A DNA stretch of 63,959 nt, counting the filler, from Theionarchaea archaeon (lineage in GTDB: Archaea; Methanobacteriota_B; Thermococci; Methanofastidiosales; SZ-28-30), in the NCBI GenBank assembly GCA_018992565.1. It is 6 parts of 6 records of this genome, joined end to end, with 100 filler letters (N's around TTAATTAATTAA, not from the genome) between each part and the next. Parts side by side here need not be neighbours in the genome. Positions count along the whole stretch, not along the records: positions 7,285 to 37,040 come from JACVGW010000025.1; positions 37,141 to 44,283 come from JACVGW010000111.1; 4 more parts are not named here. The stretch is one strand, 5' to 3'. Shown here piece after piece: positions 32,498-42,607 of this stretch. The notes below the pieces were generated by a model that ran no database searches, was not told the origin of the DNA, and saw nothing but the letters and a program-made list of their open reading frames with translations. Position 1 is the stretch's first letter. The number at the start of each line of letters is the position of its first letter. Both the position numbers and the translations under genes were made by a program.

Positions 32498-32635
32498 ACG
32501 ATACGATTAAATGGAACAAGTGAGCCCCAGCCACCCACGTGCCCGGATGACTACATATGTCCATGGGTTGATATCTGCACTATTGACTTCGACCCCTGTG
32601 CATTTATTGACATCTGCGGAATTGACTACCACTAG
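32498..32635 (+). CDS. Cys/Asp-rich RiPP precursor A1: (M)IRLNGTSEPQPPTCPDDYICPWVDICTIDFDPCAFIDICGIDYH
   Basis: AGGAGGTGA RBS 32485-32493 then ACG; 45 codons; five Cys each followed by Asp at +3 or +4. Confidence 0.85.
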   Translation, partial: TIRLNGTSEPQPPTCPDDYICPWVDICTIDFDPCAFIDICGIDYH

Positions 32636-32650
32636 ACTATTTTTTTTCTT
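32636..32650 (+). terminator. Oligo-T terminator-like tract after precursor A1 (similar tract at 33124-33149)
   Basis: ACTATTTTTTTTCTT immediately after stop codon. Confidence 0.4.
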
Positions 32651-32686
32651 GAATAGTACACAAGGTACAGAGAGGGAGGTGATATG

Positions 32687-32803
32687 ATGATACGATTGAA
32701 TGAAGGAGTGGAAGAAGGAGGCATACATATCTGCCTGATAGACTACGTGCACTGCGATAATATTGATATCTGCATAGTCAAAGACTATGCTGCGCTTGGC
32801 TAG
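32687..32803 (+). CDS. Cys/Asp-rich RiPP precursor B: MIRLNEGVEEGGIHICLIDYVHCDNIDICIVKDYAALG
   Basis: GGAGGTGA RBS, ATG, same MIRLN leader, CLID/CDNID/CIVKD motifs. Confidence 0.85.
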   Translation: MIRLNEGVEEGGIHICLIDYVHCDNIDICIVKDYAALG

Positions 32804-32985
32804 GATTGATCCATGATGTGGCGATCCATCCAGTCAGCACGCGAGGCATGGTATGTCTGGCGAATCCCCGGGTGCTCTTGAACAGGGGTACCGGGAATCA
32901 CGGGATCCAGTGAAGGTCACTTTTATTTTCTTGAACATGCGAATCCTACAGAAACCAGGACGAGAAAATTGAAGGAGGTGATATC

Positions 32986-33123
32986 ACGATACGCTTAAAC
33001 GGAACAAGTGAACCCCAGCCACCCACGTGCCCAGATGACTACATATGTCCATGGGTTGATATCTGCACTATTGACTTCGACCCCTGTGCATTTATTGACA
33101 TCTGTGGAATTGACTACCACTAG
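32986..33123 (+). CDS. Cys/Asp-rich RiPP precursor A2 (peptide identical to A1)
   Basis: AGGAGGTGA RBS then ACG; five nucleotide differences from A1, all synonymous. Confidence 0.85.
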   Translation, partial: TIRLNGTSEPQPPTCPDDYICPWVDICTIDFDPCAFIDICGIDYH

Positions 33124-33324
33124 ACAATTTCTTTTCATTTTTATTTTTTNNNNNNNNNNNNNNNNNNNNNNNNNNNNNNNNNNNNNNNNNNNNNNNNNNN
33201 NNNNNNNNNNNNNNNNNNNNNNNNNNNNNNNNNNNNNNNNNNNNNNNNNGATCTTGAGCTACCCAAAAGTATTTAAGTTCTTGTTCACATGGGAGCGTAC
33301 AAACTCCTCAAGGAGGTGAAAGAA

Positions 33325-35978
33325 TTGAAAGGTAGAGAAGTGACAATACTAGCATTGATACTGATGCTTTGTATGAGCATTCCCGCAGCTTTTTCTGAGA
33401 ACGACAATTTCGGTGTAGACTACAAGTTCACACCTGTCCTGACAGGTGGCATGTGTAGCGGATGTGGTACCTACTTGATTGAGGATACCCAGATCTATTC
33501 TGCTCCAGGAGAACCTCTGGTTCCCTACAGAACTGCCTCGATTCTGTTGCCACAGGGTGCAGAGTTGAAAGATGTCAAGGTTAAGCATGGCAAGCCCATT
33601 GTTATGAAGGGCTATGACCTGCCGTGGGGTCAACCCCCCTGCACATTCAGCGATACCCCAGTAACAGTTGGCAGAAATGAAGAGACGTACAATTCCAACA
33701 GTTTGTACCCCCAGACACTCTTTAAGGTGGTTGGTGTTGAATCTTTCAGAGGATACAGCATTCTGAACCTGCTCCTGTTCCCTGTGCAGTACCAGCCAAA
33801 GTCTGGCACGGTCCACTTCTATCAGAAGTTGACTGTTGAGGTCCAGTTTGGCAAGGGTATGAAGAACAAGCTGTACAGAGGATTGGAGGAAGACAAGGCA
33901 GCTGTTGCTGATATTGTAGATAACATTGACACATTGAATACCTATGAGAGTGGACCAACACCTCTGGCAACTGAAGAATACATCATCATCACCAACGACA
34001 CGCTGGAGTCTACATTCCAGAGTCTGGCAACCTGGAAGGCAGGCTTCGTTGACGGAGCTTCAGTGTATACCGTGTCCTGGATCTCATCAAACTACACTGG
34101 TACTGACACCCAGATGAAGATTCGTAACTTCATCATTGACAAGTACACCAACAATGGTACGCTGTATGTCTTACTTGGTGGTGATACTGGCGTTGTCCCC
34201 TACAGAGGATTCTACGTCAGCACAGGTGGATATACTGACAGCGACATGGCAGCAGACATGTATTATGCTCACCTGGATGGCAGTCACAACTCAGATGGTG
34301 ACTCCCGGTATGGTGAGACTAATGATGGTGTCGACTTCTATGCAGAGGTTGCAGTCGGCCGTGCACCTGTGGACAACACAACAGAAGCCCAGTCGTTCGT
34401 CAACAAGGTCATCGCCTATGAGCAGATGGACAAGCCAGAGAGAGTCTGCCTGCATGAGTCTCGCGTGGGCAGTAACAACAGTCCTGATGCCCGATGCCTG
34501 GCATACAACTGTGATAACTACATCCCCACTGGGTATACCATCGACTACCTGTTCGAAGAAGATGGTAATGTCTCAAAGGCTGACTGGAGAGCAGCATGGG
34601 CAGCTGGTCCTATTGCCGTCGTCCACATTGGACACGGGAACACGACTGTCTACTACATCAACTATGAAGTGGGCGGTACTGTGAGCTGGTATACCACAGA
34701 TGTATCCAGTTTGACCAACACGTTCTACCCATGGACAACCAGTGTGGCCTGTATCTGTGGTGAATTTGAGGCTTCTGACTGTCTGTCTGAATACTACGTC
34801 AAGGATGACTGTGGAGCTATTGGTGCCATCTACAACGACAACTACGGCTGGTTCATGACGACTGATGCCTGTGCATTGAGTGGTGAATTCTGTGAGATGG
34901 AAGTCAGAGCATGCTGGAGCGATGGTTACGAGAAGCTGGGTGACATTCTGAACAGGTCACGATACTACATGGCATCCTCAGCTCAGAGTGATACCTACTA
35001 CAGGTGGTGCTTCTATGAGAGAAACCTCATGGGTGATCCAGAAACCCCCTGTCTGACCAAGAGAGGAGAACAGCATACAGTGACCATCACCAACCCAGCC
35101 GATGGATCAACTGTCTCTGGAACTGTCAGCGTTACCACAAGCACCAACTGCGATGAAGTGAAGTTCTACATCGATGGTNNNNNNNNNNNNNNNNNNNNNN
35201 NNNNNNNNNNNNNNNNNNNNNNNNNNNNNNNNNNNNNNNNNNNNNNNNNNNNNNNNNNNNNNNNNNNNNNNNNNNNNNCTGGGACACCACTGGATACTCC
35301 AACGGCAGCCACACCATCATGGTTGAGGGATACGTGTCTGGTACGTTACAGGACACTGACTCTGTTACTGTCACAGTCAACAATGTCAGTTACTATGTGA
35401 CCATCACCAACCCAGCCGATGGATCAACTGTCTCTGGAACTGTCAGCGTTACCACAAGCACCAACTGCGATGAAGTGAAGTTCTACATCGATGGTACGTT
35501 AGTGAAGGATGATACATCATCACCCTTTGACTACACCTGGGACACCACTGGATACTCCAACGGCAGCCACACCATCATGGTTGAGGGATACGTGTCTGGT
35601 ACGTTACAGGACACTGACTCTGTTACTGTCACAGTGCAGAACCTCGCGTACTACCTTACCATCACCAACCCCTCAGAGGGTGAAGTTGTATCCGGTACTG
35701 TTACAGTAACGACGGATACCAACTGCAGTGAGGTACGGTTCTACATTGATGGTTCGCTTGTAGGAACTGACACTACAGCACCCTTCCAGTACAGCTGGAA
35801 CACCGAGAACTATTCTGACGGTAACCACACTGTAAGGGCTGATGGATACGTGTCAGGTACAATGGAAGCCCAGGACACAGTCACCTGTGAAGTTGACAAT
35901 GGTGGAGAGTGTCTCGGAACTACGCTCGTTTCCTTGCTGGTATTGTTTGGATCTGCAGCATTGTATAGAAGACGCTAA
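33325..35978 (+). CDS. Secreted C25 (gingipain-like) cysteine peptidase with propeptide, Ig-like repeats and C-terminal anchor (spans a gap)
   Basis: TTG start after AGGAGGTGA; signal peptide; YVLLGGD, DMYYA, VAVGRAPV, GHG and SVAC catalytic motifs, NLMGDP; TM+RRR tail. Confidence 0.88.
35080..35636 (+). repeat. Tandem 258-nt (86-aa) Ig-like domain repeat
   Basis: 35080-35178 matches 35397-35495 and 35279-35377 matches 35537-35635; a third diverged unit follows. Confidence 0.85.
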
Positions 35979-36012
35979 ATTCCTTTTTTTTCCTTTTTTT
36001 CCTGTTTTTTCC
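35979..36012 (+). terminator. Oligo-T terminator
   Basis: Successive T-runs directly after C25 stop. Confidence 0.55.
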
Positions 36013-36179
36013 GATTGCCTACCTGTTCAACTTCTCCAAGGTACTCTTTCAACCGTTCCTCTGGAAACATGTCCCGGAAATACGAGTGGTCACACCCCCC
36101 ATGGTCTCACTACTTCTACTGTCAATCCTGCACCTCACAAAGACTACCCATTTTCCATCAGCGGAGTCAGGTTCATGGG

Positions 36180-37040
36180 TTAACCACCCACGATTACGAT
36201 GCAACTGGAAATATCCTTCACATGAAAAATGAAGATTCATCTTCGATCAAAGAAGAATGGAACTACACTTATGATCCTCTGGATAGATTATTAACTGCTG
36301 TAGGTGGACCACCAGGGGAGAATTATTCCTTGAGCTATCTATATGACAGCACAGGAAACAGAACACAGTTGAATAGTACTACCTACACGTACAATGAAAT
36401 GAATGAACTTCTCTCTCTTTCAGACCCTAATGGAAATTCCACCTTCACTTATGACATCTATGGAAATCTGCTAACGAAAGATGATGGCCAGAACCTATGG
36501 GAATACTCTTATGATTATGGAGACAAGTTACAGTCAGTTAAAAAAGATGACGAAGTAATAGAAGAGTACTTCTATGATGGTGACGGAAAGAGGATCAAGA
36601 AGATTGATGCTGAATCTGAAAGGGTCTATATATACAGCGGACTGACCGTATTATATGAGATGAACACTACGACTGACATGGAGGCAGTGTACTTCTACGG
36701 ACCCACAGGGAGAATAGCCAAGAGAGTTAATGATGTAATAGAATACTATAATACAGATCACCTGGGTTCTACCAGACTGGTGACATCAGAAAATGGCGTG
36801 ACAACCGAGGAAATCATGTATAAACCCTTTGGTGAACAGCTCAATGAAACAGAAGAAAGATATACCTACAATCAGAAAGAGTTGGATGAAACTGGTTTTT
36901 ACTACTATGGTGCCCGCTATTATGACCCTGTAATTGGGAGATTCTTGACCAGAGATCCACTAACTGGAGAAAAGGAATCTCCTCAAAGTCTTAATAGATA
37001 TGCATACTGTCTCAACAATCCTCTTACATACATCGATCCT
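36180..37040 (+). CDS. Rhs/YD-repeat protein fragment with Rhs-associated core (5' end unclear, 3' end cut)
   Basis: YTYDPLDRL, YDSTGNR, DHLGSTR, YYYGARYYDPVIGRFLTRDP, NRYAYCLNNPLTYIDP. Confidence 0.88.
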
Positions 37041-37140
37041 NNNNNNNNNNNNNNNNNNNNNNNNNNNNNNNNNNNNNNNNNNNNTTAATTAATTAANNNN
37101 NNNNNNNNNNNNNNNNNNNNNNNNNNNNNNNNNNNNNNNN

Positions 37141-38844
37141 CTCAGTCTCAAAGAGCAGGGTTCCCAATGCATGCAGGGAGTAAAACCAGCCTCGAGTCTG
37201 GTCCAATCCTTCTGAAATGAAATCAGCAGGGAAGCTGTAAGAAAAGACATCCTGATCTTCGAAGGGGTAGTGCCACTGGGCGAAGGGAGCACTTCCTGAA
37301 TCATACCAGCAGTCTATGACATCAGGAACCCTTTTCATGGTTCCACCACACTCCGGACATTTCAAGAGGATATCATCTACATACGGCCTGTGTAAATCCA
37401 GATGTTCAGGGAGTATGGCCCCTTTCTCCTCCAGTTCTTGAACGCTTCCTATACATTCTTTCAGCCCACACTCACACACCCATATTGGTAGAGGGGTTCC
37501 CCAGTATCGCTCTCTGGATAGTGCCCAGTCCCTGACATTCTCCAAGAAATTCCCAAATCTCCCATGCTTTATGTGGGAGGGAGTCCAGTTCACATTCTCA
37601 TTGTTCTGAACCAGTCGGTCTCGTACTTTGGTCATCTCGATGAACCAGCTCTCTCTGGCATAGTACAGCAAGGGGGTATCACACCTCCAGCAGAAAGGAT
37701 ATTCGTGCGTGTAGGGTTCTGTCTTGTACAGTAACCGCCTATCATCCAGCATCTCAAGGATCTTTTCATCTGCGTCCTTCACAAACATGCCGGCAAGTGG
37801 GGTTACCTCGTCTGAGAAGCATCCATCCTCCTTTACAGGCTGACAGAAGGCGATGTCATTCTCTCTGCAGATGACGTAGTCTTCTTCCCCAAAGGCAGGG
37901 GCTGTGTGCACAATGCCCGTACCTTCATCAGTGGTGACAAAATCTCCCAGAATGACAACGTGTCTCTTTCCTTCAGGGTTACAGTAGTCGAAAAGCGGGT
38001 AGTACTTCATTCCTTCAAGGGTCCTGCCTGGAAATTCCTCCAGGATTGTGTAATCTCCTTCTAATATATCCAGGCGGTCTTTGACCAGGATGAGGATAGT
38101 CCCTTCATTATTCACTTTCACGTACGTGTAATCAGGATGTACGGTCAATGCCAGATTGGCAAGTAGAGTCCAGGGCGTTGTGGTCCACGCCAGAAAGTAG
38201 GCAGACTTGTCCTCAGTCATGAATTTGACATACACCGAAGGCTCAGTCACTGTCTGATATCCCTGTGCCATCTCATGGGTGGAGAGAGCAGTCCCGCATC
38301 GGGGACAATACGGGATGATCTTGTGCCCTTTGTACAGGAGGCCTTTGTTCCAAATCTGTTTCAGTGACCACCACACGGATTCCATGTACTCGTTCTTGAG
38401 AGTGACATATGGGTCATCCATGTCAATCCAGAAGGCCATCCTCTCCGTCATGGCTCTCCATTCTTTTTCATAGCGGAACACGCTCTCTTTGCACTTCTGG
38501 TTGAATCTTTCGATTCCGTATTCCTCAATTTCTCTCTTGCTGTTTATGTTGAGTTCTTTTTCCACTTCAAGCTCCACCGGTAACCCGTGGGTATCCCATC
38601 CGCCTTTCCGTTTCACCAGGTATCCTGACATGTGTTTATACCTGCAGAAAGTGTCTTTCATTGCACGTGCCAGAATATGGTGTACACCAGGCAATCCATT
38701 GGCTGTAGGGGGTCCTTCCACGAATATAAAAGGTGGAGCATCTTTTCTTCGTCTTAGACTTTCCAAGAATGTGTCATTTTCTTTCCAGTACTCTAGTATC
38801 CTCTCTTCCAGTTGATTTGGAGAATACTCACCGACTTCTTTCAT
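37141..38844 (-). CDS. ileS: Isoleucyl-tRNA synthetase (3' end cut)
   Basis: EGPPTANGLPGVHH, GWDTHGLPVE, WTTTPWTL, DWALSRERYWGTP, EGLDQTRGWFY. Confidence 0.96.
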
Positions 38845-39076
38845 GTCACCACCTCGAAAAAATGAGTAAGGCTCACGCTACCTGAGAACTCGCTTTTCTT
38901 GCTAGCCGATAAATAAATTCCCCCTTGGGGTCATAGACTTTATTCAGTGAAATCGTTTATAAAGGTTTCGGTTTTGGGTTTTGAGGTTCGGGGTTCGGAT
39001 TTGAGTTCTAATACCGCCACATCCGGCGCCAACTTCCAATTATCATTGTCACACGAGTCTCTATGGGGGATCTACG

Positions 39077-39215
39077 ATATCTGATTTGAGAATGCAAATG
39101 GAGAGATTGCGTAAACCCAGAGAAGATCTTGAATGATCTGAAAGAGAACCCCAGATGTGCTGACTGGTTCAGTGAAATTCGAAGAGAGCGCTTTGCGATT
39201 TGTTGAGCGTCTTTC
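39077..39215 (+). pseudogene. Possible remnant of an archaeal ATPase/DUF234 C-terminus
   Basis: ECKWRDCVNPEKILNDLKE...DWFSEIRRERFAI flanked by stops, no start. Confidence 0.4.
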
Positions 39216-39492
39216 TCTACCAGAACAGAAGAGCGCTTGTGCTTAACTATCAGAGTTCCAGAGAATTCATTTACTGGCTTATATCGCCTACAGGAGGAGA
39301 AGCGAAGGTAGCTCTTCCAGAACCCACCCCGGACGGTTGGGAACAAGGGCGGCTCCTTTCTGTACAAAATGAATGTCTCGGACACTACCTTGTCAGGAAT
39401 TCTCACATTTTGTCATCTTCAGTATTAGGACTTTTTACAATTAAGGAGTTACAGAAAGATTTATATATTAGATGGGAATGAAAAGAAGTATC

Positions 39493-40924
39493 ATGAGATC
39501 GAAGGAGGAGAAGCGAAAGATCGCAGAAAACGCCCCCCAGAGTCTCGGAGCCCTGGGGCAGGACACAGNNNNNNNNNNNNNNNNNNNNNNNNNNNNNNNN
39601 NNNNNNNNNNNNNNNNNNNNNNNNNNNNNNNNNNNNNNNNNNNNNNNNNNNNNNNNNNNNNNNNNNNNAGATGGGAATGAAAAGAAGTATCATGAGATCG
39701 AAGGAGGAGAAGCGAAAGATCGCAGAAAACGCCCCCCAGAGTCTCGGAGCCCTGGGGCAGGACACAGCCAAAAAGATTCTGAGAGGAGCCTTAGAAGATG
39801 CAGATTTCTTCAAGACGTGTCCCCCACTCTTTGTGGGCTGGGAGCTTACCCATGCATGCAACCTGAAATGCCGCCATTGTTACAACGCAGCAGGAAAACC
39901 CGAACCTGATGAACTCACCACAGAAGAGGGATATGCACTTCTTGAACATCTGGCAGACATTGGAACCGTTGGTATGCTCATAGGAGGTGGTGAACCTCTC
40001 CTGAGAAAAGAAGCGTTTGAATGGATTGACTTTGCCACAGAGCACGGGATGAATATTACTATTAACACCAATGGTACTCTCATAGACGCAGGAATTGCTC
40101 AACAGATGAAGGATTCAGGCATCGTCAATACCCAGATCAGTATTGATGGGTTATTCGACATTCATGACGCAATAAGGGGAGTTCCTGGAGCATTTGAGCG
40201 TGCTGCAGAAGCCATCTGGAATCTCTTTGAAGTGGAGATGCCTGTCACTGTAATCACAACGGTGATGCGAAGCAATTACCAGAACATGGGCGATCTCATA
40301 GATTGGCTTCGGGAAGAGTACGGTGGAAAGGTGAACCAGATGTTCTGCCGCGTGAAAATGGTGGGTCGTGCAATGGAGACAGGTGAAATGCTCACGGGCA
40401 AAGAGTATCTGGAGGCCTGCCATGAAATTGCAGACAACTATGGATTTAGTGGAATGTGGAGCTGTATTCCGTATCCCTATTTGATTGATCTCAGGAAGAC
40501 CGGTGATTTCATACGCGGTGTGGTTAAGACACCTCTGGGAGAACGGCTGTACCCTGAAAAGATACGCAGCAGGTTGTTGGGAGAAGAGAATGCGGCAGAG
40601 GTCGTCATGGGTGCTGTGGGTGGAAACTGTAAGGCAGGCACCTACATGGTGAATATTGGCCCCCAGGGGAATGTCTATGCATGCGTTGAGCTGCCTGTAC
40701 TGGCGGGAAATATCAGGGACGCCCCTCTGATAGATATCTGGTATGGGGCCAAGCTATTCAACGATTTGAGAGAAAAAAAGGAGAGAATAGGGGGGAAGTG
40801 CCAGACCTGTTCGTACAAGGAATTCTGTGGAGGAGGATGCAGGGCTGATGCCTACAATTTCTATGGAGACTATCTTGCACCAGATCCCATGTGTATTCCT
40901 CCAGGAGGATGGTATCATGAATAA
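39493..40924 (+). CDS. Radical SAM/SPASM enzyme (PqqE/MftC/Ahb-like); 5' end duplicated across gap
   Basis: WELTHACNLKCRHC, GGGEPLL, CKAG...VYAC...CQTCSYKEFCGGGCRA...DPMC. Confidence 0.88.
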
Positions 40925-41792
40925 AATAGTAGCGTTACTTGGGTTTTACAGAATCCACAGAGTGCTCTTCAACCTGATTTTTTCAGCAATCATCATTGTA
41001 ATCCTTGCCCGAGGAATCCCCGACCTCATTTACCTGGTCATGGGGCCACTATTGTTTGCCCTTGGCCTGTTTAGCGTGGTGGGTGTCAACAATATTAAGG
41101 ATGTGGTGGCAGATCGTATCTCTAAGAAAGGGGATATGCAGTCCTTTAACCCTCTGGCCACCAATGTTTTTACCGTTTCGCAAGCGTGGGCAGCTGCCCT
41201 CACTCCCCTTGTACTGGGGATTGTGTTGGCCTTCTTCCTTAATACAGAAACTTTCATCTTCTTTCTGTTATTTATTGCATTTTCACTCTTCTATGATTTG
41301 TACGGCAAGAAAATCGTCATGGCACCCTTTATCTCGCCTGCGTGTCTAGCATTCTTTATTGTTCTCCTGGGGTTCATGATGAATAGGGAGAGTGATCCCG
41401 TTCTGCCCTACTTGGTCATGATCTTCTACATTTTTATGGTGGTGGGTCAAATTGGCCTGGATATCCTGGACTACGAGGGAGACAAAGCAGCAGGGTATGC
41501 CAGGCTCACCGTTGTATACGGACCAGTGACGGGAGCACGCCTTGCTATTGCTCTCTCTGCTGCTATGCCCCTGCTTACCCTCCTTGCTTACATCCATATT
41601 GGGTTCTGGTGGGTGTCCCTCCCGATAATCGGGATTGCTCTGCTACAGGTCATTCCTGTGGCCCAAAAGTACAACCTGTATGCCAAGGACATTACCGCTC
41701 TCAATGCGAAAGCGGCTCTTTCTGGATTGATGCTCCAGTACCTGGTTATTATGGTTGCATTTGTGGTGGGGTTACGCATCATAGGTGGATAA
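40917..41792 (+). CDS. UbiA-family prenyltransferase
   Basis: NNIKDVVADRISK and DILDYEGDKAAG Asp-rich motifs; multiple TMs. Confidence 0.82.
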   Translation: MNKIVALLGFYRIHRVLFNLIFSAIIIVILARGIPDLIYLVMGPLLFALGLFSVVGVNNIKDVVADRISKKGDMQSFNPLATNVFTVSQAWAAALTPLVLGIVLAFFLNTETFIFFLLFIAFSLFYDLYGKKIVMAPFISPACLAFFIVLLGFMMNRESDPVLPYLVMIFYIFMVVGQIGLDILDYEGDKAAGYARLTVVYGPVTGARLAIALSAAMPLLTLLAYIHIGFWWVSLPIIGIALLQVIPVAQKYNLYAKDITALNAKAALSGLMLQYLVIMVAFVVGLRIIGG

Positions 41793-41793
41793 C

Positions 41794-42594
41794 ATGAAGA
41801 GCCTAGCTGCGATTCTCTTCATTATCGTGCTGGGTGCAGCGCAGGGGAGCTGTTCTGTTCCAGTATGGAACGAGGGAGATACCTGGGTGTGGGAGGTAGC
41901 AGAGCCCGGGATTGGAAAATCGCGGGAAGTCTTTCTCTCAGAGAAGAAGGAAGTCAATTTACTCACCAGTGTAGTCCAGGGGAAGGAATTCATTGAAGGT
42001 GCAGAGTGCTACCACGACTATGAGACGTATGATGGCCATCCTGAATCAGAATACCATTCCTACTACCTGGTTTCGTGCCCTCCCACAGAGCACCACGGCA
42101 TACAGTACGACACCCGGACGAAAAAACCGGTAATGAAGTCAACCATTGACCCCGGGAACTACATCGTCCAGTTCCCCCTGTATGTGGGTCAGACCTGGAA
42201 CGAGAGCTACACCTTTGTGGAGTGGACGTATCAGGAGGAATCCGATGCCTGGACGCAGACTTCTGAAATTGCAGTGGAAATCGAAGCTCATGTAACGGGG
42301 ATCGAGTCAGTGACTGTCCCTGCAGGAACCTTTGAAGCCTATAAGATCGAGGTAATGTACTACACGTTCAAGATGGTAAAATCAATCATCTGGTACTCAC
42401 CGGAGGTCAAGAACTCCATACGGGGGGAGGCCTACGTCATCGAAGACAAGATTCCTCACCTGTACTATGAATACCAACTGGTAGATTACCATCTGGCCCA
42501 GCCATTTCTGCTAGAAATGGGAGTCACAGCTACAGTTATAATCGTTGTAGCTGTATTGGCCTACTATATATACTATAAAAAGAAAAAAAGATAG
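41794..42594 (+). CDS. Secreted protein with C-terminal membrane anchor
   Basis: Signal peptide, ESVTVPAGTFEAYKI...WYSPEV motif, TM plus KKKKR. Confidence 0.7.
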   Translation: MKSLAAILFIIVLGAAQGSCSVPVWNEGDTWVWEVAEPGIGKSREVFLSEKKEVNLLTSVVQGKEFIEGAECYHDYETYDGHPESEYHSYYLVSCPPTEHHGIQYDTRTKKPVMKSTIDPGNYIVQFPLYVGQTWNESYTFVEWTYQEESDAWTQTSEIAVEIEAHVTGIESVTVPAGTFEAYKIEVMYYTFKMVKSIIWYSPEVKNSIRGEAYVIEDKIPHLYYEYQLVDYHLAQPFLLEMGVTATVIIVVAVLAYYIYYKKKKR

Positions 42595-42607
42595 AGGAGT
42601 TGATAAT

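Noticed and set aside
32480..33150. Possible CRISPR-like repeat array
   Set aside because: Repeats are RBS plus coding sequence, without constant short repeats and spacers; no cas genes in window
33008..33319. Track ORFs in alternative frames over the precursor copies (also 32507-32752 minus)
   Set aside because: Substitutions between copies are all synonymous in the Cys/Asp frame, which also carries the RBS; these are shadows
35179..35278. Frame change in the C25 gene
   Set aside because: Caused by nominal gap length; the neighbouring repeat unit implies about 41 nt (or that plus whole units)
38965..39008. Degenerate GGTTTT/GGTTCG short repeats (similar near 1342-1379)
   Set aside because: Short, imperfect low-complexity sequence beside promoters; no function supportable
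39469..39768. Direct repeat of radical SAM 5' end
   Set aside because: Identical ~100-nt sequences flank a 100-N gap; scaffolding overlap artefact
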